Shown: piece after piece, positions 37,134-47,165 of the stretch | Layout of the letters: the number at the start of each line of letters is the position of its first letter | Position numbering within the stretch: the first letter of the stretch is position 1 | Virus record (IMG/VR): IMGVR_UViG_3300020408_000003 | Location: 17,649 to 81,648 of that record | DNA: 64,000 bases | Reading direction: 5' to 3' (one strand) | Source: a virus | Position numbers and translations under genes: made by a program | The notes under the pieces: model-generated | What the model was told of the DNA's origin: nothing | Seen by the model: the letters and a program-made list of their open reading frames with translations, nothing else | The model's database searches: none

Positions 37134-38645
37134 CTATTCTTCGTTTTCAGGTTGTTCTTGCTCTTCATCATCAGATTGTTTTTCTAAACTTTCTATATCA
37201 TCATCAGTTAGCTTAAGAACATTTTTCATAATCCATTCTTTTGAAAAATATGTTCCAATATATTGTGAAGCTTGATCTAATGTTTGTAATCTTTCTCTTA
37301 ATAATTCTGATTCTTTTAATTCTGTAAAATGATTGTCTTTAATATAATCAATGACGATATCGTTTTTCATACCGTCCCAATCTTCTTCAGTGATAATACC
37401 TTTTAACATCAATTGAGTTTTTAATAAACCCATAAACAAATGTGAAAATCTTGTACGTAATCTTTCGACAAACTTTTGAAATTTTAATTCATCACGAGTT
37501 ATTTCTGAAGTTCGACCTAAACTAAACTGTGCTTCTTGTTCAAGTCTATTAATTGGCACATTTAATGCTTTATATAATTTCTTTTGAAAATATATAATAT
37601 CTTCTATCTCACCAAGATTTTGTCCACCGGGTAATGTCGTAATTTCTGTACCTCTACCGCCTTCTCGACGTGGAATCCAAAAATCTTCGATCATTGACAT
37701 ATGTTTTCTATCATCTCGTATTTCACCAGTCTTAGCATCGTATACTATTTTATTACGATACCTTGACATAATATCTTTCATATACTGTTCGGCTTTACCT
37801 CGAGGTAAGTTACCAACATCTATGTAAAACATTCTTCTTTCTGGTGCTCTTGATAATCTGTATATAACAAGAGAATCTTCCATCATTCTCAATTGATTGA
37901 GAGGCTTCAATGCTTTATGTAAATAACCTAAAACTTTTTTTCTTGTTTCATCTAATAAACCAGATGTCACATAACTTACAGAATCAGTACTTAATTTAAC
38001 GCCTGAAGTTTGTTGTCCCGGCTTTTCTTGATATATGTAAAATTCATCCACTTTTTCAATCAGATTAGCACCAGTTTGTGGATCTTTTTTTCTTTTAACT
38101 TGTTTTATCTTTCTTATTTTAGAAGAATCAATAGGCCTTATTTCTTGTATACCTGCTTTTAGCGCTGATTCGTTTACAACTAAATGGTGGTATATTCTTC
38201 CATCAACGTACCATCTTCTAAAAATATCATGACCGTCTTCACTAAAATTTAACATCGAATATATGTTGTCAAATTCTTCTTTAATTTGTTTTTTAATCCC
38301 ATCGCTTACTTTTAAATTATCCATAGTAATATCTACGGATTGTTTTCCAATTTCATTCGATGAAACAACTGATTCGTTAACGATATCTTCAATAGCAGCA
38401 TCACATTCTGGATGCATAGAAGTTCCTCGATATTTCATTATCAATTGGGCGTTATCTTTCGAATCATCTCCGTCCATATTAATATATTGTCCATAATGTG
38501 AACCACCAGCCGTAACATAGCCAGCGCCATCATCATCTTTCGCTGGAACTATAGACGGTTTTTTGTCAGGATCATCTTTCGGCGCTCGTCTTAATTCAAA
38601 CCCGAATAATCGTAATCCTCTTGTATCATTAATGTAATCAGCCAT
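37134..38645 (-). CDS. 20: Portal protein gp20
   Basis: FRRWYVDGR, RAPERRMFYIDVGNLP, EDFWIPRREGGRGTEI. Confidence 0.97.
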   Translation of the reverse strand: MADYINDTRGLRLFGFELRRAPKDDPDKKPSIVPAKDDDGAGYVTAGGSHYGQYINMDGDDSKDNAQLIMKYRGTSMHPECDAAIEDIVNESVVSSNEIGKQSVDITMDNLKVSDGIKKQIKEEFDNIYSMLNFSEDGHDIFRRWYVDGRIYHHLVVNESALKAGIQEIRPIDSSKIRKIKQVKRKKDPQTGANLIEKVDEFYIYQEKPGQQTSGVKLSTDSVSYVTSGLLDETRKKVLGYLHKALKPLNQLRMMEDSLVIYRLSRAPERRMFYIDVGNLPRGKAEQYMKDIMSRYRNKIVYDAKTGEIRDDRKHMSMIEDFWIPRREGGRGTEITTLPGGQNLGEIEDIIYFQKKLYKALNVPINRLEQEAQFSLGRTSEITRDELKFQKFVERLRTRFSHLFMGLLKTQLMLKGIITEEDWDGMKNDIVIDYIKDNHFTELKESELLRERLQTLDQASQYIGTYFSKEWIMKNVLKLTDDDIESLEKQSDDEEQEQPENEE

Positions 38646-38662
38646 TAATTATCCCTTATTAT

Positions 38663-38686
38663 GAGGGGTGCTTGAGTGCACCCCTC
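38663..38686 (-). terminator. Strong stem-loop after gene 19 (terminator or stabiliser)
   Basis: GAGGGGTGC/GCACCCCTC stem; no clear U tract. Confidence 0.6.
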
Positions 38687-38697
38687 TATCTTATATA

Positions 38698-39246
38698 TTA
38701 TGCAGCATTAACGCCGTCTGTGGTATTAGATGTCCAGTACTGGTAATTCCATGTTACTGTAAATCTTTCAATATCTTCAGCAGCATACGATAAGTCAATT
38801 GCACTTACGTCTGCTGGCCAACAATCTTTAAAAGTATAAGTTTTTTTGACTGTTTCGTTTCTATCAAATTGAGAAACCTGAAGATCAGCGAAATATAACT
38901 CGGGATTTTGAGTACCACCGATATCCGCGTGATTTGCAATGGCGTTCATCCAAGTTTCGAAAGCATTTCTTAACTTGAAATTTACGTCATTAATTATAGT
39001 GACAGTCCATTCTGCGAATGATCTATCACCTGCTATTTTTAATTGTCTACCTCTAAAGGGTACAATTATCGTACCAACTGTTGACGCTGGTAACTGCGCA
39101 GCCTCACATAAGAATGATGAAAGATCTGCATCTACATCAACACCTAAACCACCCCTTGGATTGTTCATGGTAACTTGAAATAGATTTGATCTTGCACCTC
39201 CACCTGTAAGCCTGGCTTTAAATTGATCTACACTACCTAGTGCCAT
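38698..39246 (-). CDS. 19: Tail tube protein gp19
   Basis: GGARSNLF, FRGRQLKIAGDR, WTVTIIND. Confidence 0.93.
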   Translation of the reverse strand: MALGSVDQFKARLTGGGARSNLFQVTMNNPRGGLGVDVDADLSSFLCEAAQLPASTVGTIIVPFRGRQLKIAGDRSFAEWTVTIINDVNFKLRNAFETWMNAIANHADIGGTQNPELYFADLQVSQFDRNETVKKTYTFKDCWPADVSAIDLSYAAEDIERFTVTWNYQYWTSNTTDGVNAA

Positions 39247-39257
39247 TTTTTACCTCC

Positions 39258-41072
39258 TTAAACGCCAGCAGTTCCAACAATTTCTTCAAACGATACACCT
39301 GTTCTAACAGCCACAAAGTTAAGTGTGACAAAGTTAATTGAACGTGCAGGCTTGATAAAAATGTTGGCTATGAATTCGTTACGATCAATGACTTCAGCAG
39401 TATTAACTGTTTCATCAGCTATTACTCTAAAGTCTGTTATTCCTCTTCGAGCTTTAACATCTCTGAGGACTGGTTCAATAATATTAACAAATTCTGCTCT
39501 TGTAAATTCATCGTTGAATTCGAACATTACATTCTTAGCAGCTTGTGCGATTGCTCTTTCAAGCGTTAAGAATAATCTTCTACAATTAATTCTGTCAAAA
39601 GCAGACGGTCTGTTAAATAATGTTTTATCGCCAAATAAACAAATTCCTGATCCACTTACATTAACGACTGGATTAACACCAGCTTTATATAGTGTATCTC
39701 TATTTGTTTTATTTGGATTATAATTAAGACCTGTTACACCTAATAACTGACCTCTTCTAGTACCAGCTGGTGAAAACCATGGTGCCTGTGTTCTATCAGT
39801 TTCAGCCATGAGACCAGCAACTGAAGAAGCAGCAGGTATTTCAATGAATTGATCGTTAAACTTATCAAAGACTTTTAAGTAACTACAATCCATGATACCG
39901 TAAGAACTTTTTGTTATTGTAGCTGCAGTAGCAACTACGTTTGTAGTCACTGTTGTTTCATTTGATTGACCAACAACGTCTGATCTGCATGGTGAAGAAA
40001 CAACTACGCAATCTTTTCTTGCTGTAGCATTTGCAATAAGATCGTTTGTTACGGTTGTTTGATCTGATCTAACTTCCATACCTGGTGCAATTAAGAAATC
40101 AACTTCAACTGCTTCAACATCTTCAAATAGATCGTGACCAGTTGCGATTTCGGCAGTACCAAGTGCATTAGAATTAACTCCACTATCAAGTGAATAATTT
40201 AATACTTTGATATTTGCTCCTTCTGGAATAAAATCTTGTTGAGTACCAGTCATAGCGGTTCCAGCAAGAATACCATGTGCAGATACTGTTATATTACCAG
40301 GAAAACCAACCATATGAATATATTGTGATCTTTCATTTATTACAGTCTTCATAAAATTGCTTCCGCCATCTTGAGCTTTTGAATTTGACGCAACAGATAC
40401 ATAAGGATAAGTTTCGAGTACTGTTCCCTTTGTTCCTGATATCTGTCCATCTTCGTCAATAACTGCAACGTGAACTTCTGTCTTAGATCCACCAGCTGCT
40501 GAATCAAGAGCTGATGATCCTGGTGCTGCATCAAAAGATGATTTATAAGCCCAGTTATCAAACGCTGAGTCATTTAATGTCGGTGTACATACAGATATTT
40601 GTAATGAATTTCCTAAAGCTCCAGGAAATCGAGCAATAAATGATTGTTTATCAGTATTTAATATACCTTCTTGTGATGTAAAATTATCTTTATTTTTTAC
40701 TGTAGGCGCACTTGTAGCCGTATGATCTCCGCCAGTTTGCATTTCTGCTGTTGCTGGAGTTCCTCCGCCTATCGCACCTCCTGCTCTAGAATTTTTAGCA
40801 TGAGATGTTATAGCTCTAACGACTTGTAGTGAACTTGAATAACGCAAAAAATATGATGCGTTGTGAAAATCTATTGTGTTTGTGGTGTCTGGTGTCGAGT
40901 GGACATTTATCAAATCAGCTTCATTTGATATGAGTGTTCTTTGCTCGACAGGACCCCATCTAAAATTTCCAACGATTGCTCCAGTGGAAGTTTGAACATT
41001 GGGTACGCCGCCCGTTGCATCAATTTCCTTTACAACAACCGCAGGTGATTGTGATGGTGTGAATAGTGCCAT
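39258..41072 (-). CDS. 18: Tail sheath protein gp18
   Basis: SPAVVVKEID, PWFSPAG..RG, AFDRINCRRLF, IKPARSINFVTLNF. Confidence 0.95.
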   Translation of the reverse strand: MALFTPSQSPAVVVKEIDATGGVPNVQTSTGAIVGNFRWGPVEQRTLISNEADLINVHSTPDTTNTIDFHNASYFLRYSSSLQVVRAITSHAKNSRAGGAIGGGTPATAEMQTGGDHTATSAPTVKNKDNFTSQEGILNTDKQSFIARFPGALGNSLQISVCTPTLNDSAFDNWAYKSSFDAAPGSSALDSAAGGSKTEVHVAVIDEDGQISGTKGTVLETYPYVSVASNSKAQDGGSNFMKTVINERSQYIHMVGFPGNITVSAHGILAGTAMTGTQQDFIPEGANIKVLNYSLDSGVNSNALGTAEIATGHDLFEDVEAVEVDFLIAPGMEVRSDQTTVTNDLIANATARKDCVVVSSPCRSDVVGQSNETTVTTNVVATAATITKSSYGIMDCSYLKVFDKFNDQFIEIPAASSVAGLMAETDRTQAPWFSPAGTRRGQLLGVTGLNYNPNKTNRDTLYKAGVNPVVNVSGSGICLFGDKTLFNRPSAFDRINCRRLFLTLERAIAQAAKNVMFEFNDEFTRAEFVNIIEPVLRDVKARRGITDFRVIADETVNTAEVIDRNEFIANIFIKPARSINFVTLNFVAVRTGVSFEEIVGTAGV

Positions 41073-41134
41073 GTTTGCCTCTCGGTTTCTAATTAATAAG
41101 ATTCATAATACGGTTGTTATCAATTACTATGATA

Positions 41135-41142
41135 TATTTATA
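41135..41142 (-). promoter_or_regulatory. Late promoter TATAAATA for 18-19
   Basis: Exact consensus in an intergenic gap. Confidence 0.7.
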
Positions 41143-41146
41143 TAAT

Positions 41147-42760
41147 TTAGAAATTAGAGTAATTGTTCCATTGTCCGTCATGATCAAATTCTATTACCCA
41201 TTCTGGTTTTTTTACTTCTTCTTCAACGTATTGAGATCCATCGTCGATGTGACCAAACGGTACAACATCGTCTTCAATCTCTTTCATTTTTTGTTTAAAA
41301 ATCATTTCTTTTAAATTAATATCTGTCATATCTCCAAAATATTTACTTGTCACAAAATACCCGAATAATACGAAATTCATAATTAAATCATCATGATTAC
41401 CATCAGAAGCTTCGTATGATTGTCCTTTTGAAATAAAAGTAGAAGCTTCAAATATAGTATTTTCATCTTGTATCATTATTTTATTATTTTCTAATAAATC
41501 TTTTAAAGCTGAACAACCTAATCTTTTCGTTTTACGAGTCATTTCAATACCCATTTTGTCTAGTCGAATAGCCGATTCTGAATGCATATTTTCGTATTCT
41601 AAATCTTGATATAAACCGTTACAAACTAAAGAACCTTGGTCATTTGACTCAATTATTACATAAGATTTATTGTAGACGTTAGCCCATTTATAAATAATGT
41701 TGGGGAAGAGAATAGGTGAAATAGTATTATTGCGATACACAGCTACCTGTCTGAACGGGCGAACGCTAATATCGACTAAGTTAAAGGTAGAATAATCCTG
41801 GCCTCTTCCCTTTGCAACATCCACACACATAACATATTCGTGCTTATCTTTTGGTTGCTCATACATTTGAAGACTTCCGTTTTCGTATATTTTTTCTGGC
41901 GGACGAGCTCTCATCTCCATCAAAGTCTGTGCGTTTATAAGAGTATCGCCTGTACCGAAAAAGGTATTACCGAATTCTTGATCAAATTGTAATTGAGAGG
42001 TATTTGATATCGTAGCTTCTTTCCATTTCTTATCTCTGCCAGGAACGTCCCACCAATCAACACGAAATGGCTTAAATTCATTTACGTTTTGTACAGCTCC
42101 CTGCCATATATTATAAAACGTATTACCAATACCATTAGCAGTAGAAGTTACGATTATCTTTGTATCTTTACCAGCAGAAACAACAGGATAGGTTGAAGTA
42201 TAAAATTCAGCTGCTCGTTCGACGAATGCAAATTCGTCTAAATATAATAAGTTAACAGAAAGACCACGAATAGAACTCCCGGAAGTAGCAGCAGCAATGA
42301 TACGAGAATTATTTGAAAACTCAAGGGAACCTTTGTTAAGAGCTTTACTACCAGGCTGTAAGAAGAACGGAGTATTTTCCAACATGAGAGTAACACGAGA
42401 AAGCATTTCTCTTGCAGTAGCTCCTTTATTTGCCAAAATCGCAATAGTCTTTTCTGAATTGAATAATGCAAACCATAGTAAGTAGGCGCAGGCACTGATT
42501 GACTTACCAGATTGACGACATGCGAGAACGACATTAAACCTATTCTCCTCGAATTGATTAAACATTTTCTTTTGATAAGGATATAATTTAAAAGGTACAA
42601 GACCTTGATCTAATGAAATAATTTTACAATATTTTTCTGCAAAATATGAAGGGCTTTTCATACATCTAGAATATTCCTCAACTAATTCAGCCGACCATTG
42701 TTGTACAACACCGTCTTTTTTTACATTAGGATTCCCTAGATAACTCTGTACTTGGTGCAT
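41147..42760 (-). CDS. 17: Terminase large subunit gp17
   Basis: RQSGKS, YLDEFAF, STANG, DVAKG, HDDL. Confidence 0.96.
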   Translation of the reverse strand: MHQVQSYLGNPNVKKDGVVQQWSAELVEEYSRCMKSPSYFAEKYCKIISLDQGLVPFKLYPYQKKMFNQFEENRFNVVLACRQSGKSISACAYLLWFALFNSEKTIAILANKGATAREMLSRVTLMLENTPFFLQPGSKALNKGSLEFSNNSRIIAAATSGSSIRGLSVNLLYLDEFAFVERAAEFYTSTYPVVSAGKDTKIIVTSTANGIGNTFYNIWQGAVQNVNEFKPFRVDWWDVPGRDKKWKEATISNTSQLQFDQEFGNTFFGTGDTLINAQTLMEMRARPPEKIYENGSLQMYEQPKDKHEYVMCVDVAKGRGQDYSTFNLVDISVRPFRQVAVYRNNTISPILFPNIIYKWANVYNKSYVIIESNDQGSLVCNGLYQDLEYENMHSESAIRLDKMGIEMTRKTKRLGCSALKDLLENNKIMIQDENTIFEASTFISKGQSYEASDGNHDDLIMNFVLFGYFVTSKYFGDMTDINLKEMIFKQKMKEIEDDVVPFGHIDDGSQYVEEEVKKPEWVIEFDHDGQWNNYSNF

Positions 42761-43073
42761 CTACAACCTTTTCATCTTTTTCTTTTAACAATTTTTGTAG
42801 ATCAGCTGTTGATCCTAAAAATATATTATTTTGTTGATGTTCTACTTTTTTAAGTGGTTCTTCTAAATCTTTATTCTTTTTATTTAAATCCATCAATCTA
42901 TCGTTAACGTCAGATAAATTCTTTATCATATTAGATAATACTTCAAATGCACGAGGATGCTCGGATTCTCTAGCAACTTGCATCATCGTTTCTAAACTAT
43001 CTTTACCTTTTTCTAACAGTTCATAATAAGTTTCACGTGAATATTCATAATCACTTTTAATTTTATCAGACAT
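42726..43073 (-). CDS. 16: Terminase small subunit gp16
   Basis: DYEYSR, SEHPRAFEV, FLGSTADLQKLL; start placed at MSDKIK. Confidence 0.88.
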   Translation of the reverse strand: MSDKIKSDYEYSRETYYELLEKGKDSLETMMQVARESEHPRAFEVLSNMIKNLSDVNDRLMDLNKKNKDLEEPLKKVEHQQNNIFLGSTADLQKLLKEKDEKVVDAPSTELSRES

Positions 43074-43074
43074 T

Positions 43075-43452
43075 TTAACAGTTCCATCTACGTCTAGCAG
43101 CTTTACCTCTTTCGCCTGTCCAGTTTTTTGAACGAGCACAAAATGATTTTCTTCTTGCAGCGGCTTTGCTACCAGGTTTTAATTTACTTGGAGGAGTAGT
43201 AACCGCTGTTTGAAGCTTACTTCCAGGATTTTTTCTTCTATATGCAGCAACCCCTTTCGCCGTCATTCCAGCGCCCTTAGAAACTGGTAAAAAATTACCA
43301 CTTTTCTTGGAAGTACTTACCGGATTTGATTCGCGATCTTCATTTTTCGGAACGCAGTTAGGAACCATACGATTCCCTTTCTTTTTCATTCCAACTTGTT
43401 TGTGAGTTGACCAACAAGGCTTATCTTCTCTTATTTGTTTAAAAGTTTTCAT
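43075..43452 (-). CDS. Basic hypothetical protein, possible internal head protein
   Basis: MKTFKQIRE N-terminus; CW...VPNCV and RRKSFCAR...WNC modules. Confidence 0.7.
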   Translation of the reverse strand: MKTFKQIREDKPCWSTHKQVGMKKKGNRMVPNCVPKNEDRESNPVSTSKKSGNFLPVSKGAGMTAKGVAAYRRKNPGSKLQTAVTTPPSKLKPGSKAAARRKSFCARSKNWTGERGKAARRRWNC

Positions 43453-44279
43453 TAGCTACCAAAACCTCCGTCACTGTCTTGACCAAAAATAGTCGTTGTA
43501 AATCCAAAGTCACTATCAGGACTACCGATAGTGGTTAATGGATTAGGATCGATTTGAACTGTTTGTAATCTAACGTCTGAATCTACTGTTAAACCACGTG
43601 ATGAATCTGTAAAACCAACTGTTGGATTAAATACCTTTGCAACTGATCTACGTATAATTTTAGATGTTGGAATGTTACCATAAAAATTTGTTCTCATTTC
43701 AAAATCTAAAGTGTATATAATCGTTCTTCTGCTTCCTAAATCTCCTTCATAGTCATCAGCAAATCCAACACCAGCAATACTAATCGGTATGTCTTCTAAA
43801 AAATTTGGATGCTCTGTCATAAATGGTTTTATAGTTAAAGTATATTGTGGATTAAATGTCGGCAATATCTGTTCTACTATCTGTAAAGCATCATCTTGAT
43901 TTTTAGCGTACGCGTTCAATTGAAATCCAATAACGTATGGTACTGCTGTATTAAACTTTTTGCGACTTTGATTGTTTGCTGCGTTATTTGTAAAGTTATT
44001 TAATTTAGATAGTTGTCGAGTAGTATCATATGCAATGTTTGTAATCTCAAAAGACATGCGAGGCAATTTTATAGCAACTCGAGTATCCTCTCTTAAATCA
44101 GGATTTTCTCTTATTCTTTCTAAATATTTTGCCTTTGGTGCATAAGACAGTGGAACTTTAAGTTGACTTATAACTTTACCACTAGAATTTTTACGAATGA
44201 CATATATGTTATTAAAAAGTCTGCCAAATATAGCAACGCATTTTTTTGTCTTTTCATGATAGAAATGTGTACCAAACAT
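43452..44279 (-). CDS. 15: Tail sheath stabiliser gp15
   Basis: VPLSYAPK.K, LPRMSFE, QIVEQILPTFNP. Confidence 0.92.
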   Translation of the reverse strand: MFGTHFYHEKTKKCVAIFGRLFNNIYVIRKNSSGKVISQLKVPLSYAPKAKYLERIRENPDLREDTRVAIKLPRMSFEITNIAYDTTRQLSKLNNFTNNAANNQSRKKFNTAVPYVIGFQLNAYAKNQDDALQIVEQILPTFNPQYTLTIKPFMTEHPNFLEDIPISIAGVGFADDYEGDLGSRRTIIYTLDFEMRTNFYGNIPTSKIIRRSVAKVFNPTVGFTDSSRGLTVDSDVRLQTVQIDPNPLTTIGSPDSDFGFTTTIFGQDSDGGFGS

Positions 44280-44281
44280 AA

Positions 44282-44545
44282 TTAACCCTCATAAATCTTC
44301 TGAAGGTGATCTTCAAACGCTTCTACTTTTGACAATCTATCAGGCCAAAGTATGTATTCTTTTTCAGGATTCTTTTTTAAATTATTTAAAAGTGGTGTTA
44401 TCGCATTAAATAATTTATCTAATTTTTCCTTTGTTTCATCGGCTGAACTTGCAACAGTTTCAGCTTTCTTAGTAGCGGTTTGTACTGCTTCTAATTCTTC
44501 TTCATCAACTGCTGTAAATCCAAAATCAAAAAAATCATCTGCCAT
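44282..44545 (-). CDS. Hypothetical protein
   Basis: DFGFTAVDE, PLLNNLKKNPEKEYILWP. Confidence 0.7.
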   Translation of the reverse strand: MADDFFDFGFTAVDEEELEAVQTATKKAETVASSADETKEKLDKLFNAITPLLNNLKKNPEKEYILWPDRLSKVEAFEDHLQKIYEG

Positions 44546-45429
44546 TAATTATTCTCCACATCACCGAATGGATTACTTTCTGTAAAGTCTAAGAAATCAG
44601 TGTTAGTAGTAAAATCTGTATTTTGTTCGTTATTAGCAAGTTTATTATCTTCAGTTATCCCGGTTATTGCAAACCCAGTTCCATCGGGTATTGTTATAAT
44701 TCTATTTAAATTAAAATTATGAAACTTACCATCAGTAGCACCAACGTGAATCAAGCTCAGTGTTTTTGTAGTACTATTGTAGTTTGAAACTTCACCAGTA
44801 ATTGAAATATTTTCAGCGCTATCTAACATTTGACTAACAGTCATACCATTAGTAATCAAATTAGTATTATTTTGTAATACAAGATTATATGTATATGCAA
44901 AATCTTTATCGATATCATCAACTTTAGTAATACCAGTATCCATGTCTTCGCCAGAATACTCGAATAACTGAGCACGACATTTAAATACCGGAACGTTTTG
45001 TAGTTGAAAGAATGGTTGTTCGTGCTCTACAAAGGTGATTTCAAATATTTTATTACTCATAATCGAATAAATCAAATCACCTTCTCTTGGACGATTTGAA
45101 CTTATTTGATTATTTGCTCGCGTTACTGTTTCTTTCCATCTTCTCCTTGATACAACAAACGTTGCTTCATCTCTTATTTCAACGCCAAATTTGGTAAACA
45201 AATCCCCTTCACCATCAAAGCCTTCAATGTTTTCGATATACATTTCAATTTTATAAGCGTCATCAAACATAGACGGAACGTCTTCACCAAAAATTCTATT
45301 TTCATTTACAACCGTACGAGGTAAGTAATAACAATCTTGACCATAGATCTTTAACGATTCTATTACAAGATTTTCGTAAAGTGTTTGTTCTGATTTAACA
45401 TTTGATCTGATGTTGAAGTTAGTTGGCAT
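44545..45429 (-). CDS. 14: Neck protein gp14
   Basis: ESLKIYGQDCYYLPR, RPREGDLIY, DFTESNPFG. Confidence 0.92.
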   Translation of the reverse strand: MPTNFNIRSNVKSEQTLYENLVIESLKIYGQDCYYLPRTVVNENRIFGEDVPSMFDDAYKIEMYIENIEGFDGEGDLFTKFGVEIRDEATFVVSRRRWKETVTRANNQISSNRPREGDLIYSIMSNKIFEITFVEHEQPFFQLQNVPVFKCRAQLFEYSGEDMDTGITKVDDIDKDFAYTYNLVLQNNTNLITNGMTVSQMLDSAENISITGEVSNYNSTTKTLSLIHVGATDGKFHNFNLNRIITIPDGTGFAITGITEDNKLANNEQNTDFTTNTDFLDFTESNPFGDVENN

Positions 45430-45430
45430 A

Positions 45431-46186
45431 TTACCCTACAAACATATCTACTGGCATTTCGTGTTCTAATCTTAATCTTTCTCTTAAAGCTTCTAACTCT
45501 CCTTGAGCATCGTCGTATAATTGTCGACCGTTAATGATAACTCCACCGGGTAATTGCATACCTTCAAACTTCATAAGATTTAATCCCCATTGTTCTTTTA
45601 TCAAAGCAGTTGCATAAGCTTTTAACCAAAGATCATTGTATACCGAAGTATGAGAATCAGGATCTATTATGGCAAATACTTCTGCTATGATAAAATCATT
45701 TAACTTAATATCTTTATCTGCCCAATCACCAAAAATATATAATCTTTTTTGTTTTCTTGACCATTCAATTTGAGGTGCGCCATTTAACTTCATGTCTAAT
45801 ATTGAAAGATACTGTTGAAGCTGTTCGTAGTAAGCTAAATCACCGGCAAAATTTTGTAAATCTGCTATATCATTCAGCATCATTTGATATTTAATATCGA
45901 AAAAATTGAAAGATGCGCCAAATGAACTTCCAAATGGAATAAGTCTTTTAATATAAAGAACACTATCCATTATAGTGATATACTTATTAGTTACGTCATC
46001 AGCAGTAATTTGATGTTTAAGATAGGCTCTAAAGGTACCGTCAGAATGGTATTCTTGAAAATATTGTAAAGCTTCATCAATACGATCTTCAATTTGATCT
46101 TCATCAACATTGACTTCGATAACTGGCTCACCAAGTTTTCTTTTACAATATTGTATTAATTTATCTCTGGAATTTGGATTTGCCAT
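45431..46186 (-). CDS. 13: Neck protein gp13
   Basis: LGEPVIEVNV, QWGLNLMKFEGMQLPGG. Confidence 0.92.
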   Translation of the reverse strand: MANPNSRDKLIQYCKRKLGEPVIEVNVDEDQIEDRIDEALQYFQEYHSDGTFRAYLKHQITADDVTNKYITIMDSVLYIKRLIPFGSSFGASFNFFDIKYQMMLNDIADLQNFAGDLAYYEQLQQYLSILDMKLNGAPQIEWSRKQKRLYIFGDWADKDIKLNDFIIAEVFAIIDPDSHTSVYNDLWLKAYATALIKEQWGLNLMKFEGMQLPGGVIINGRQLYDDAQGELEALRERLRLEHEMPVDMFVG

Positions 46187-46206
46187 AATTTCCTCTGTTT
46201 ATATCC

Positions 46207-46214
46207 TATTTATA
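46207..46214 (-). promoter_or_regulatory. Late promoter TATAAATA for the neck genes
   Basis: Exact consensus overlapping the upstream stop codon. Confidence 0.65.
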
Positions 46215-47154
46215 CGAAACTAGTAAATACAAAACAATAGTAGTTTGTGCTAGAACTTCCACCATCACCCCAAAAAAATTGATCGGCATTAGTATCACCA
46301 CCGTTTTTATTGTTAAAACCGTAAGCTTCAGTACCACTCATCCCAATATCACTAGCTCCACCGCCTGAATTTGTTACATTAACTTGAAATCCCCATTGTC
46401 CATCATCCTGTGAAAAAGTAGACGCGGTATTAGTACCATGAGTAGCACTAAAATTTGCTTCATGAGAAAATCTTATACTTTGACTAGAACCCATATAAAA
46501 ATTACTGCTGCTTGGAGTGAGAACGTGAGCATAAACGTCTCGATTTTGATCTGGATAATATAAATCATATAATCTATGAACGCCAGCAGGAAGATTACCA
46601 GCAGCACCTCCACCTATAGCATGAGTAGTTGTAGTACCTATACTACGATAAACGAGTGTTATAATTCCTTTAAAACTAGCACCGTTCCAAAAAGCCAAAC
46701 ATAAAAAAGGATGGCCGTCCATAGCTGCTTGACTATAATGTGTACTAAATCCCGTACTAACTCTTAAATGACTTGGTTCTGTCCAGTGAGTATTATCATA
46801 TGATGAACCAACATTACTAAAATTAGCACCGCTTTCTTTATAATTATCAAAACGATATACATTACTTAGAAAACGTCCACCAGCCGTATAATTATATATG
46901 TTATCGATATTAGACATATTTTCAGCTAAAGATCCGTATATAGGAACAGCTACAAGTGTATATCCTTGACTTCTAATATGATTAGTTATACTAGTAAAAT
47001 GTGAACTATTTCCAGGACTATAGCTTTGATTTAAATTTGCTAATAAAGAAGAAAGATTACCACCAATATCGTCATTATAATTATGTGAACTTTGTGGAGT
47101 ACCTAAGCCACTGGCGTGACTTAAATTTGATCTTGCAAAACCGAGTGGCATCAT
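46210..47154 (-). CDS. Putative tail-fibre tip or accessory structural protein
   Basis: Gly/Ser/Asn-rich; follows a fibre-like gene; MPLGFAR start. Confidence 0.55.
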   Translation of the reverse strand: MMPLGFARSNLSHASGLGTPQSSHNYNDDIGGNLSSLLANLNQSYSPGNSSHFTSITNHIRSQGYTLVAVPIYGSLAENMSNIDNIYNYTAGGRFLSNVYRFDNYKESGANFSNVGSSYDNTHWTEPSHLRVSTGFSTHYSQAAMDGHPFLCLAFWNGASFKGIITLVYRSIGTTTTHAIGGGAAGNLPAGVHRLYDLYYPDQNRDVYAHVLTPSSSNFYMGSSQSIRFSHEANFSATHGTNTASTFSQDDGQWGFQVNVTNSGGGASDIGMSGTEAYGFNNKNGGDTNADQFFWGDGGSSSTNYYCFVFTSFV

Positions 47155-47165
47155 TATTCAAATCC

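Noticed and set aside
14280-42760. Introns, inteins or homing endonucleases in 43, 46, 23, 20 or 17
   Set aside because: The ORFs are uninterrupted and of normal length; no HNH, GIY-YIG or LAGLIDADG motif was seen.
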